The notes beneath the pieces are model-generated. The model ran no database searches. It saw nothing but the letters and a program-made list of their open reading frames with translations, and was not told the origin of the DNA. The position numbers and the translations under genes were made by a program. A DNA stretch of 64,000 nucleotides. Origin: Candidatus Eiseniibacteriota bacterium (GTDB taxonomy: Bacteria; Eisenbacteria; RBG-16-71-46; CAIMUX01; VGJL01). The stretch's first letter is position 1; each line of letters opens with the position of its first letter. Below are positions 49,172-58,736 of this stretch, in pieces. Location of the stretch: NCBI GenBank assembly GCA_041946735.1, contig JBHGAY010000024.1, forward strand, positions 6,114 to 70,113, written 5' to 3'.

Positions 49172-50475
49172 TCGACACCGGCCTGGTCTTCCGGCTCGCC
49201 ATCGAGTCGCTTGCGGTCCACAAGCTCCGCACCGCTCTCACCATGCTCGGTGTGATCTTCGGCGTCGCCGCCGTCGTCTCGATGCTCTCGATCGGCGAGG
49301 GGGCGAAGCGCGAGGCGATGCAGCAGATCTCGATCCTCGGAATCGACAACATCATCGTCGAGGCGCGCGTCCCGATCTCCGAGAAAGGGACAGACGAGAC
49401 ATTCCAGCGTTCCCCCGGCCTCGGGCTCGCGGACGCCGAGAACCTCCGCCTCTACGACGATCTGATCTCCAACGTCGTGCCGCAGCGATTCGAGACGCCT
49501 GCGACGATCCGAAGCGGGTCGATCGAGGCGCCGGTGCGGGTCGTCGCCACCACACCGAACTTCACCATCTCCTCCTCGATCGAGGTCGAGGGCGGCCGCT
49601 TCCTGACCGATGGCGACATGGCGGAGTTCGCGCAGGTCTGCGTCCTCGGCGCGAAGGCGCGTCGCGCGCTCTTCGCCTTCGACGATCCGCTCGGACGGAT
49701 CGTGCGCATCGCCGATCTCGACTTCACCGTGGTCGGCGTGATGGCGGACAAGTACATCGGCCGCGGGAAGGTCGAAGGGCTCGAGCTTAAAAACCTGAAC
49801 GAGGACGTCTACATCCCGTTCTCGACGGCGGTCAAGAAGCTCGAGCGCGCGGGAATGACGACGCGATCCGACCCGCGCCACTACTTCGGCGACCGCTCGA
49901 ACGAGCCGCAGCGCAACTACAACATTCCCGAGATCGACCAGCTCACGATCACCGTGAGCGACCTCGATTTCGTTCCCGCGGTGACGCTCCTCGTGCGGCG
50001 CGTCCTCGAGCGGCGCCACGGCGGAATTGCCGACTACGACGTGATCGTCCCGGAGTCGCTGCTCCGGCAGTCGCAGAAGACGCAGCAGATCTTCAACATC
50101 GTCATGGGCGCGATCGCCGGCCTCTCGCTCCTGGTCGGCGGCATCGGAATCATGAACATCATGCTCGCGACGGTCCTCGAGCGGACGCGCGAGATCGGGA
50201 CGCGCCGGGCGGTCGGAGCGACGCGCGGCGACATCCTCCGTCAGTTCCTGCTCGAAGCGGTGGTGATCTGTCTCGTCGGCTGCCTGGTCGGCCTCGTCGT
50301 CGGGCTCTCCCTCTCGAAGGGGATCAGCCTCTACGCCGGATGGCCGACGATCGTCTCGCCGTTCGCGATCCTGCTCGCGATCGGCGTCTCGACGGCGGTC
50401 GGGCTCATCTTCGGCGTCTATCCCGCTCGCAAGGCGGCCCGGTTGCACGTGATCGAGGCGCTCCGCTACGAGTGA
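49168..50475 (+). CDS. ABC transporter permease, FtsX/MacB-like (DevC-like)
   Basis: LRTALTMLGVIFGVAAVVSMLSIGEGA, periplasmic domain, and C-terminal FtsX bundle (GLSLLVGGIGIMNIMLATVLERTREIGTRRAVGAT). ATGA overlap with the MFP stop. Confidence 0.8.
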   Translation: MIDTGLVFRLAIESLAVHKLRTALTMLGVIFGVAAVVSMLSIGEGAKREAMQQISILGIDNIIVEARVPISEKGTDETFQRSPGLGLADAENLRLYDDLISNVVPQRFETPATIRSGSIEAPVRVVATTPNFTISSSIEVEGGRFLTDGDMAEFAQVCVLGAKARRALFAFDDPLGRIVRIADLDFTVVGVMADKYIGRGKVEGLELKNLNEDVYIPFSTAVKKLERAGMTTRSDPRHYFGDRSNEPQRNYNIPEIDQLTITVSDLDFVPAVTLLVRRVLERRHGGIADYDVIVPESLLRQSQKTQQIFNIVMGAIAGLSLLVGGIGIMNIMLATVLERTREIGTRRAVGATRGDILRQFLLEAVVICLVGCLVGLVVGLSLSKGISLYAGWPTIVSPFAILLAIGVSTAVGLIFGVYPARKAARLHVIEALRYE

Positions 50476-50581
50476 CGCGTTCGAGTCGGCCGGTCGCCGC
50501 GGTGATCCGCGACGCCGTGTCGCTGTCCTTTGGGGTCTCTGTCTCTTGGGGTCTCTGTCTCTCCTCGCGAGGTTGCACGCC

Positions 50582-52087
50582 ATGTTCGAAGCGAATTCCC
50601 TCCGCTGCCGTTTGCTCATGCTCTGCACCGTCGCCGTGGTCGCGGCCGCGGCCGCCGTCGGCTTCTCTCCCGGGCTCGGACGCGCGCAGCCGATGACGCT
50701 CGACGAGGCAATCGACCAGGCGATCCATCACTCCTCCCGCGGGGCGATCCTCGAGGAGACGGAGCGGATCGCGGAGTCGAGCTACCGGGCGAAGAAAATC
50801 AACTTCTACGTTCCGTTGATCACGATCAACGGCGCGCTCCCCTCCTACGACGTCGACCAGTCCTACAAGTTCTTCGGCGGCTCGACGCGCAAGCAGCTGT
50901 ACAAGACGAGCGATTTCCGGATGAACAGCTTCATCAAGCTCGAGCAGAGCCTGCTGACCGGTGGAAGCCTCGCGATGTCGGCGAACCTGAACCGGTCGCA
51001 GAGCCGCTACCCCGACACGAACCCGGAGGTGCCGAGCGGCAGCTTCCTCGACGAGAACGGACGGCAGGGGTACTTCGAGTTCCGGCTCACGCAGCCGATC
51101 TTCAAGCCCTCGACGCTGAAGAACGAGCTGCTCGACCGGACGGAGAACCTCGAGCTGGCGCGGATCGGACGGCGCGAGGAGGAGGCGGCGCTGCGCAAGG
51201 AGGTGGCCGAGGCGTTCCTCGGCTTGATCGAGGCGGAGGTGCAGGACTCCATGCAGGCGCTCACGCTCGATGCCGCGAGCCTCAAGGCGGAGATCGATTC
51301 GGTCAAATGGCAGGACGGTGTGATCGCGGAGGAGGCGCGGCTCGAAGCCGCCTCCGCGAAGCTCGACGCCGAGCTGGCGCGCCGGGAGGCGACCGACAAG
51401 CTGCAGGAGCAGCAGCGGGCGCTGGCGCTGCTGCTCGACAGGCCGGTCGAGGGGACGTTGCAGTTGGTGGAGCCGGAGGCGGGTGAGGCGCTGTCGGCGG
51501 AGCAGTTGTTGAAGATGAAGTCCGGCTGGGAGAAGTCGCTGCCGGTGCGGCGGGCGCTCGAGAACCGCTCGCGCTCGAAGCGGATGGCATCCTACACCGC
51601 CAAGGGAAAGAGCCTGACCGGCGACTTGACCGCCAGCTACGCCGCCGGCCGCGGCAAGGTCAGCCTCGAGGACCGTCCCGACGAGGACATCAACACGAAC
51701 GGCTGGGGCGTCTCGCTGAACCTCTCCTACCCGATCTGGGACGGTGGATCGGGGAGCGCCGCCACGCAGGCGGCCCGCGCCGAGGCGAACCGGGCCGAGC
51801 TGGAGCTGGTGCAGGCGAAGCAGGCGGCGCAGGCGGAGATTGCACGCCTCGTGCAGCAGGTGGACGTCGGGTACCGGAGGCTGGGGATTCAGCAGAGCCG
51901 GGTGAAGCTCGCTGACGACAAGCTCGCGATCGCGAGGGAGCGCTTCGCCGACGGACGGATCTCGACGCTGCAGCTCCGCGAGGCGGAGATCGACCGGCTG
52001 GAAGCACGGGCTGGGTACCTGGCGGAGCTGAAGACGTACCTCGGGAACAAGATCACGCTGGAGGGCAGCTTCGCCGGTCAGGAGTAG
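50582..52087 (+). CDS. TolC-family outer-membrane efflux protein
   Basis: From Met13: signal peptide, two OEP repeats with coiled-coil heptads (ELELVQAKQAAQAEIARL...), about 500 aa. Confidence 0.7.
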   Translation: MFEANSLRCRLLMLCTVAVVAAAAAVGFSPGLGRAQPMTLDEAIDQAIHHSSRGAILEETERIAESSYRAKKINFYVPLITINGALPSYDVDQSYKFFGGSTRKQLYKTSDFRMNSFIKLEQSLLTGGSLAMSANLNRSQSRYPDTNPEVPSGSFLDENGRQGYFEFRLTQPIFKPSTLKNELLDRTENLELARIGRREEEAALRKEVAEAFLGLIEAEVQDSMQALTLDAASLKAEIDSVKWQDGVIAEEARLEAASAKLDAELARREATDKLQEQQRALALLLDRPVEGTLQLVEPEAGEALSAEQLLKMKSGWEKSLPVRRALENRSRSKRMASYTAKGKSLTGDLTASYAAGRGKVSLEDRPDEDINTNGWGVSLNLSYPIWDGGSGSAATQAARAEANRAELELVQAKQAAQAEIARLVQQVDVGYRRLGIQQSRVKLADDKLAIARERFADGRISTLQLREAEIDRLEARAGYLAELKTYLGNKITLEGSFAGQE

Positions 52088-52119
52088 GTGGTTGCCGGCC
52101 GGCTCCTGGTTGATCGAGC

Positions 52120-52192
52120 AAGCAGGCAGGTAGGTAGGTAGGTAGGCAGGTAGGTAGGTAGGCAGGTAGGTAGGTAGGTAGGTAGGTAGGCG
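52120..52192. repeat. tetranucleotide microsatellite (AGGT)n with a few AGGC variants, about 17 units
   Basis: Read directly: gcaggcaggtaggtaggtaggtaggcaggtaggtaggtaggcaggtaggtaggtaggtaggtaggtaggcggg, immediately 3' of the TolC-family gene. Confidence 0.9.
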
Positions 52193-52260
52193 GGAACGCG
52201 AGCAGGCGAGCGAGGCAGGATTCGAGTGAAAGGGCAGTGCCGGCAGGCACGGCGCTCCTC

Positions 52261-52440
52261 GGCGGGATCGCGCCGGCGGCCTCGCCCGAGGGATCGGCGC
52301 TCGCTGGGAGAAGACGGACGGCCGTCGCTCGCGCCTCTAGTTCGCCGCGCGAGTGACTCCCTACCGGCTGCAAGGGTGGCAGCCCACGCGCGTCGAACGC
52401 GTCCCTCGGGCCGAGGCCTCACCGGGCGCTCCCCGCCGCA
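52261..52440. repeat. left arm of a ~180-bp inverted duplication
   Basis: The reverse complement of 52261..52440 aligns to 52696..52875 at about 93% identity, checked base by base. Confidence 0.8.
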
Positions 52441-52695
52441 GATCGATCCGCTGAGCACATCTCCCCCCCACACACACTATTTGGGCCGCGCGCCGTCCGA
52501 GTGACGGAAGACCGAGCGGCGCGCGCCCTCGCTCGCGCGAACAATCACCACGCAAACCGGTCGGCCTTGCCCGCGCGGCTCGACAGCCGCCGGAATCTCA
52601 CGAATGCCTCGATGAAGGTGGCACACACACGGGAGAGGGCACGGGATGCCACTACACCAGACCGCTGTCGAGTGGAAGGCGCGGCACTGCCCTAT

Positions 52696-52875
52696 GGCGG
52701 CGGGGAGCGCCCGGTGAGGCCTCGCCACGAGGGACGCGTTCGCCGCGCGGTAGCCGCCACCCTGCAGCCGGTAGGGAGTCACTCGCGCGGCGAACCAGAG
52801 GCGCGAGCGACGACCGTCCGTCTTCTCCCCGCGAGCGCCGATCCCTCGGGCGAGGCCGCGGGCGCGATCCCGCCG
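52696..52875. repeat. right arm of the ~180-bp inverted duplication (255-bp spacer between the arms)
   Basis: As above. A short direct repeat CCCGCCGCAGATCGATCC follows each arm, and a second direct repeat (CCCGCGCGGCTCGACNGCCGCCGGA) occurs in the spacer and again after the right arm. Confidence 0.8.
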
Positions 52876-52948
52876 CAGATCGATCCTCGGAAGACATCCC
52901 TTCCCACATGCGCTATTCGCCCGCGCGGCTCGACCGCCGCCGGACGCG

Positions 52949-53962
52949 TCACAGCCGCGCGCGCACCAAGGCGATCGCGTCGGCGGCGTCGGGCGGGACC
53001 GCCACGTCGGGCGCGATCCCCTCGGCGTCGACGGAGAAGCCGGGGAGCCAGCGGGCGCGGCTCATCGGGACGACGAGGATCGCGGCGCCGGACGGCAGCC
53101 GCACCCGGCGCAAGTTGGAGTAGTCGAGGGAGCCGCGGGTGTTCTCGCCGAAGAGGCGGACCTTCCCGCTCTGGCGCGCGAGGAGCGCGAACGCTTCCGC
53201 GGCGCTCGCGCAGCGCCGGTCCATCAGGATCCCGATCCGCTCGGGCAACGGGTGCAGCTCGTCGAAGGTATCGATGCGGTCCGGTGGACCGTCGACGAAC
53301 GTCCCGGGCGCGGCCTCCATGCGAGCGGCGAGGTCGCATAGATACGTCACGTATTCCGCCGGCATCCCCGGTTGCGCGGCATAGCTGCGGATGCACGCGG
53401 CGTTCGCCGGCGTCGCCCAGTAGTCGCAGCCGGTCACGCGGATCGGACCGGTCGCGATCCAAGGCAGCAGCGACTCGAACGTCGCGTCGCTGCCGCCCCC
53501 GTTGCCCCGGATGTCGATCAGGAGGACTGGCGTGCGCGAGAGCTCCTCGCGGGCGGCGGCGAGCAGCGCATCGAGCCGCTCCCGCACCGGCGCCCCAAAG
53601 GTTGGGATCGTGAGAAGCAGCGCCTCGTCGTCGAGGCGGGCGAGCGTCGGATCGAGACGCCCTGCCGCGACGTCCCGCTCGAAGCGCTCCTGACCCGTCG
53701 CCGACGAGAGGCCGAGGTGGCGGTCGCGGAAGAAGACCAGCCAGGAGCGGAGGATCTCGATCCGCTCGTCTGGTGATCCGCGTGAGGAGAGGATCGAAGC
53801 TCGGACCGACTCCGTGAGAACGCCAAGCTCCGCCTCGCGGCCGCGCACCTTGTCGCGGTAGCCGGCGTAGTTCCTCGACACCTCGTCGAGCACGCAGGCG
53901 AAGTCGGGAGGATCGCCGTCGCGGGCGAGACGATCCTCCGACCGGTGTCCGGCTTCGCTCAC
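52949..53962 (-). CDS. S41-family serine peptidase domain protein
   Basis: LLIDIRGNGGGS motif, a downstream catalytic-region-like segment, and a tail-specific-protease-like fold. GTG start overlapping the upstream gene's TGA (GTGA). Confidence 0.6.
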   Translation of the reverse strand: MSEAGHRSEDRLARDGDPPDFACVLDEVSRNYAGYRDKVRGREAELGVLTESVRASILSSRGSPDERIEILRSWLVFFRDRHLGLSSATGQERFERDVAAGRLDPTLARLDDEALLLTIPTFGAPVRERLDALLAAAREELSRTPVLLIDIRGNGGGSDATFESLLPWIATGPIRVTGCDYWATPANAACIRSYAAQPGMPAEYVTYLCDLAARMEAAPGTFVDGPPDRIDTFDELHPLPERIGILMDRRCASAAEAFALLARQSGKVRLFGENTRGSLDYSNLRRVRLPSGAAILVVPMSRARWLPGFSVDAEGIAPDVAVPPDAADAIALVRARL

Positions 53963-56733
53963 CGGAGCAGGGTCACCTTGCGGATCGCCTCCGTAGAGGC
54001 GGAGCGGATCCGAAGGAAGTAGATCCCGGGCGCGGCGGCGCGGCCCGTCGCCGTGCGGCCGTCCCACGCGGGGACGCCGCCGCTCTGCGGCCCGTCGATC
54101 GTGCGCCGCGCGACGAACCGTCCCGCCGGATCGACCACGTCGATCGTCGCCGACGCGCCGCGCGGAAGCTCCATCTCGAGATCGAACGCGCCGCGGCCCG
54201 GATTGGGAAGCGCGCGCCCGATGCGCAGCGCGAGCGCATCCGCCGGATCCTCGGGGAACGTGTAATCCCAGTCCTCATCGAGCAGCGGGATCGAGTCGTC
54301 GGCGATCCGAATCCGGTTGCCGGCGTAGGCGAGGAGGACGAACCCGCTCGTGTCTGCCGCAGCGGGGCAGGTGGACTGCGCCATCTCACTGATCGTGAAG
54401 CCGTCGCCGTCGATGACGACGCCGTCCCTCGCGATTCGATTCCCGAAGATCCCGCGTTCGGGATAGGCGCGGGACCAGGTTACGAAGTACTGGTTGCCGT
54501 CCCAGATGCCGTCGACGGCGCCGGGAGTCCCGGGCATCCGGCTCACCTCGATGCCGCCGGGATCCAGCAGGGCCCCGTTCTCGTCGAAGCGCGCCGCGTA
54601 GACGTCGTGCTCTCCCCCGCCGCCCGCTCGTTCCACCGAGAAGAGGGCGAGGCTCTGCCGGTCGCCGCGGAGCAGCCACAGGCTGCTATGCGAGAGGCCG
54701 AGCTCGGGAAACAGCGACGTGCCGGTGATCTCCTCGCCCGGCGCCGCCGGATCGACGATGGCGGCGTAAACGCGGTTGCCGGAATCGGTCGCGTGCAATC
54801 CCAAGAGGAGCAGACGGCCTCCCGTGAGCGGGGCGAGTGTCGCCGCCTGGGTCGTCGTGTCCGGCATCACCGTCCATCGACGCAGGCGCTCTCCTGCCGG
54901 ATCGATCAGGTCGACCCGGATTCCCGGGCTCTGCGTGTTGCGGTCCGGCGTGTAGTCGTACGCGAAGAAGATCGAGTCAGGTCGCTCCACGAAGTCGCAG
55001 CGACCGACGGCCGGGATGGCGCCGTATCCGCCTTGGTGCGCAACGACGGTCGAGACGAATCGCTCCCGCAGACCATCCAGGCCGATGCGATCGATGGCCA
55101 CGATGAAGTCGTTGCTGTATTCCCCGAGTTGGCCGGACCAACCCTCGCTTCGCACGTATCCGATCGAAACCCCGGTTCGGTCCGCTCGCGACCGGAGCGA
55201 GGAGGTGCGCGCCCAATCGCAGTTGTCCATCCAGTCGCAGTCGGAATGCTCCGACGGGCCGCTCCATCGGTCGGGCGTGTCGGTGAGCTGGCCCTCCGCA
55301 TCGAAAGCGAAACGGTGGTAGAAGCCTCCCTCCCGGTTCAACAGATGCGGCTCGCCGCTCCCCCAGAGCGGAATCGCATACAAAGGATGCGTCCCTACGT
55401 TGAGGCGCAAGGGCTCCGGCTCGATTGGCAGCCCTTCCAGGGGCACCCATTGCAGGAGAACCGGGTTCTCCGGGGGCCAGGGCATCGCCGGCTGGCCCGC
55501 CGGCTCCTTGCTCACCGGCAGCTCCATGGTCGTGGACCAGATCACGGCGAAACGTTCCCCGGTCCACCGGCACGCGACGTTCCGCGGATCCTCCGGCTGC
55601 GCGCAGGGAGATTCGGTCACCAGCTCGACCGGCTCGGGATCGAGGCTCTCCTGATCGAGGCCGATCCGCGTCACGAGGATCCGGCCGTCCCAGTCACGCG
55701 TGGTTCGCCACGCGAGCAGCGCGACGCTGTCGGCGGCGCAGACGTCCAGGCCCATGTCGGCGGTCGAGTCGATCGTGAGAGGACCGGGCGCGATCGGCGC
55801 GCCGGTCGCGTCGAGGAGAGCGACCTCGATCCCATCCCCGGTGGTCCACGCGGCGACCCAGCGATCCGCGAATCGCGCGACCGCTACCTCGGGAGGTCCC
55901 CACGTCCCCGTCGCTTCCCCGAGGGCAACCGGCGATCCCGCCGGCAGACCGTCCTGTCCCAGAGGTTGCGCGTGAGTTTCGCGGCCGTCTCCGACGTAGA
56001 GGACCATCCCTCCCGCATCGGACATCGCGAGGTCGAGCGCCATTTCGGGCAGATCGCTTGCGAGGACGTGCGGCGACGGATCGATCGCCTCGAGTCCGGG
56101 CGTGACGCGCGTGAGGAGCAGGCGATAGGGAGAGCGTTCGCCCTCCAGCCACGCGATCACGTGCGCCCCTTCCTCGTCGACCGCATTCGGAGCGAAGGCG
56201 ATCGACGGCATCCGGACTTCGGCGACGCCGGGCGGCACGACGTCGACCGTCGCCGTCGCCTCGAGGGTCGCGGGATCGAAGGCACGCACGCGAAGGCCGG
56301 GGAGGTCGATGTCGTACGACGGGGAGAATGCGAAAGCCATCTTCCATCCCGAGCCATCGGGATCGGAGAAGTCGATCCCGTCGATCCACCCGTCCTCCTC
56401 TCCGCGGAGAGGCTGGTGGGCGTTGTCGATCTCCTCACCGGCCGGGCTCTTGCGGTAGCCGTAAGCAGCGTCGGCGCCCTGTTCGATGAAGGCCAACAGG
56501 ACCTCGGACGGCGAAACGCCGATCGCGCACGCCGTCGGATAGTAGACGGTTTCGCCGTACCGGAAGCCATGATCGAGGACGATCTCCTCCGTCATACTCG
56601 GCGGGCTGGCGAAGGCGGCCGGCGCGAGCAGGAGCGGGAGCGCCAGTGCCACCACAAGAACGGCGAGAACGGTGAGAGCGGACGAAACGACGAAGGTCGG
56701 TACGGCGACGAAGAAAACTGCGGCCGGGCGCAT
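53959..56733 (-). CDS. large secreted repeat (beta-propeller-like) protein with C-terminal T9SS/FlgD-Ig-type sorting domain
   Basis: From Met40 (GGAGG Shine-Dalgarno): signal/TM segment, about 800 aa of W/G/D-rich repeats, and a C-terminus NPGRGAFDLEMELPRGASATIDVVDPAGRFVARRTIDG...WDGRTATGRAAAPGIYFLRIRSASTEAIRKVTLLR matching the Por-secretion CTD / FlgD Ig-like consensus. Confidence 0.6.
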   Translation of the reverse strand: MRPAAVFFVAVPTFVVSSALTVLAVLVVALALPLLLAPAAFASPPSMTEEIVLDHGFRYGETVYYPTACAIGVSPSEVLLAFIEQGADAAYGYRKSPAGEEIDNAHQPLRGEEDGWIDGIDFSDPDGSGWKMAFAFSPSYDIDLPGLRVRAFDPATLEATATVDVVPPGVAEVRMPSIAFAPNAVDEEGAHVIAWLEGERSPYRLLLTRVTPGLEAIDPSPHVLASDLPEMALDLAMSDAGGMVLYVGDGRETHAQPLGQDGLPAGSPVALGEATGTWGPPEVAVARFADRWVAAWTTGDGIEVALLDATGAPIAPGPLTIDSTADMGLDVCAADSVALLAWRTTRDWDGRILVTRIGLDQESLDPEPVELVTESPCAQPEDPRNVACRWTGERFAVIWSTTMELPVSKEPAGQPAMPWPPENPVLLQWVPLEGLPIEPEPLRLNVGTHPLYAIPLWGSGEPHLLNREGGFYHRFAFDAEGQLTDTPDRWSGPSEHSDCDWMDNCDWARTSSLRSRADRTGVSIGYVRSEGWSGQLGEYSNDFIVAIDRIGLDGLRERFVSTVVAHQGGYGAIPAVGRCDFVERPDSIFFAYDYTPDRNTQSPGIRVDLIDPAGERLRRWTVMPDTTTQAATLAPLTGGRLLLLGLHATDSGNRVYAAIVDPAAPGEEITGTSLFPELGLSHSSLWLLRGDRQSLALFSVERAGGGGEHDVYAARFDENGALLDPGGIEVSRMPGTPGAVDGIWDGNQYFVTWSRAYPERGIFGNRIARDGVVIDGDGFTISEMAQSTCPAAADTSGFVLLAYAGNRIRIADDSIPLLDEDWDYTFPEDPADALALRIGRALPNPGRGAFDLEMELPRGASATIDVVDPAGRFVARRTIDGPQSGGVPAWDGRTATGRAAAPGIYFLRIRSASTEAIRKVTLLR

Positions 56734-56921
56734 CGGAAACCTCCACTCGAAATGCACAGGAGCGACCCCGTGCGATTCACCCCTCGTGATGCGAACGGGC
56801 CCAATTGTCGCCCCGCCGGAGGCATGTGTCAAACGAAGGCTGCCGGGCACCGGAGCTGACGCGCGGTCCGCTGGCGTGGCGAGTGTCTTCTCGCGCGACT
56901 ACGCCCGGGACCCCCGTTGCG

Positions 56922-58529
56922 TCAGAAGATGAAGTCGGTCGTCAGGAAGGACGACATCCTGCCCGTGACGATCGTGGTCACCAGCTCCTTGTCAGCCTCC
57001 GTGCTGGCGATCGAGGCGACGTTACGGATCGAGAAGCAGCGCAGCGCGTCGCTGACCGACAGCGTCCCTTCAGCCGAGTCTTTGCGGCCGGTGAACGGGA
57101 AGGTGTCCGGGCCGCGCCGGCATTGCGTGTTGAGGTTCACGCGACACACCTGATTGGCGAGCGCGTCGACGAGATACGCGACGCGCTTCGGATCGCGCCC
57201 GAAGATCGAGACCTGCTGTCCATACGGGCTCGAGCGCATGAACTCGTCGATCTCCCGCTCGTCCTCGTAGGTCGCGACCGGGACGACGGGGCCGAACTGC
57301 TCCGTCCCGTAGAGGCTCATGTCCGGGCGGACCGGGTAGACGACCGCCGGTCGATAGAAGGTGCCGGTCGCGTCGCCTCCGTCGTTGACGACGCGCGCGC
57401 CCTTGGAGACTGCGTCCTGCACGAGACCGGCCAGATACTCCGGCTTACCGTCCTCCGGCAGAGGGGTGATCTGCACCCCCGACTCCCACGGCATTCCCGC
57501 CCCGAGCGCATCGACCGCCTGCGCGAGCTTCGCCACGAAGCGCTCGGCGATCGAGGCGTGCGCGAAGAAGAGCTTGAGCGCAGTGCACCGCTGGCCGTTG
57601 TAGGACAGCGCGCCCGAGACGCCCTCCTTCACTGCGACGTCGAGGTCCGCGTCCGGGAGAATCACTGCGGGGTTCTTCGACTCGAGACCGAGGATGCAGC
57701 GCAGCCGGTTGGGGCGCGGATGCTGCTTCTGTAGCGTGTTCGCGACCTTGCTCGTCCCGATGAAGGCCAGGACGTCGATGTCGCCCGAGCTCATGATCGG
57801 CCCGATGACGGTGGGACCGTCGCCCTGGATCACGTTGACGACGCCCGGCGGGAACGCCTCCTTCATCGCCTCGAGCAAGGGGAGGTGCAGCAGCGCCCCG
57901 TACCTGGGGAGCTTCGAGACGACGGTGTTCCCCATGATGAGCGCCGGGATGAGCGTCGTATAGGTCTCGTTGAGCGGGTAGTTGAACGGTCCCATGCAGA
58001 GCACGACGCCCAAGGGAGAGCGACGGATCTGCGCGATGAATCCCTGCTCCATGACGAAGCGGCTGCAGTCGCGGTCGAGCTGCTTGACCGCCTCGACCGT
58101 GTCGCGGATGTACTGCACCGTCCGGTCGAACTCGGCCTCCGCGTCCTTGCGCGACTTGCCGATCTCCCACATGAGCAGCCGGACGACCGGCTCCCGGACC
58201 TTCGGCATCAGCTCGGCGAAATGCTCGACGCAGCCGATGCGGCGCGCGACGCGCATCGTCGGCCAGGCGCCCCGGCCGTCGTCCCAAGCCTGACGCGCTG
58301 CTCGCACGGCCTCGACCGCCTCGGCCGCCGAAAGCATTGGCACCTTGCCCAGGCGCACCCGCTCGAGCGAGCTGTCCGCGTTCTGCACGCACACGGGCGA
58401 CAACACCTCGGCGCCTTCGGGCCACGTGCGAATCTCTCCGGCCACGAGGTACCGGCGCTCCCAGGCGGTGACGTCGACCTTCGCGGAATCGGGGATCTCC
58501 GTTGCGGAAGGGAAATGGAAGGACTCCAT
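56922..58529 (-). CDS. NAD(P)-dependent aldehyde dehydrogenase (GapN-like, non-phosphorylating)
   Basis: C-terminal 535 aa of the track ORF: GPFNYPLNE, catalytic GQRCTALK (Cys) and ESKNP (Glu) motifs, and a GapN-like C-terminus. GGAGGA Shine-Dalgarno. Confidence 0.8.
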   Translation of the reverse strand: MESFHFPSATEIPDSAKVDVTAWERRYLVAGEIRTWPEGAEVLSPVCVQNADSSLERVRLGKVPMLSAAEAVEAVRAARQAWDDGRGAWPTMRVARRIGCVEHFAELMPKVREPVVRLLMWEIGKSRKDAEAEFDRTVQYIRDTVEAVKQLDRDCSRFVMEQGFIAQIRRSPLGVVLCMGPFNYPLNETYTTLIPALIMGNTVVSKLPRYGALLHLPLLEAMKEAFPPGVVNVIQGDGPTVIGPIMSSGDIDVLAFIGTSKVANTLQKQHPRPNRLRCILGLESKNPAVILPDADLDVAVKEGVSGALSYNGQRCTALKLFFAHASIAERFVAKLAQAVDALGAGMPWESGVQITPLPEDGKPEYLAGLVQDAVSKGARVVNDGGDATGTFYRPAVVYPVRPDMSLYGTEQFGPVVPVATYEDEREIDEFMRSSPYGQQVSIFGRDPKRVAYLVDALANQVCRVNLNTQCRRGPDTFPFTGRKDSAEGTLSVSDALRCFSIRNVASIASTEADKELVTTIVTGRMSSFLTTDFIF

Positions 58530-58736
58530 CGCGATCCTCCAAGAGCGAAACGACCCTGAGCGAACGACCCGACGCTGAGCGAGCCATCGCAGCGTAGCGA
58601 AGGGAGGGCGAGTCCGGAAAGCCCCTGGCTGCCGATGGTTCTCCTCGCCTATAATTGGCGCGGATCCATACCGGCCCTGTCGGGGCGCTCGCATCGGCGG
58701 CGCGCATCGGGGTGGCCCGCCGCGAGGAGACGTGGA

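Noticed and set aside
52120-52192. Possible CRISPR array
   Set aside because: The units are 4 nt with no spacers. It is a microsatellite, not a repeat-spacer array. No other CRISPR-like repeat-spacer periodicity was seen in the window.
52501-53613. 370-aa plus-strand ORF spanning the inverted-repeat region
   Set aside because: Arg/Ser/Pro-rich with no motifs, antisense to the S41 peptidase gene for half its length, and it starts inside the inverted duplication.
52949-56850. Single tricorn-protease-like gene spanning both ORFs
   Set aside because: A clean in-frame stop at 53959 and a C-terminal sorting domain ending the first protein indicate two polypeptides. The split-tricorn idea is kept only as a hypothesis.
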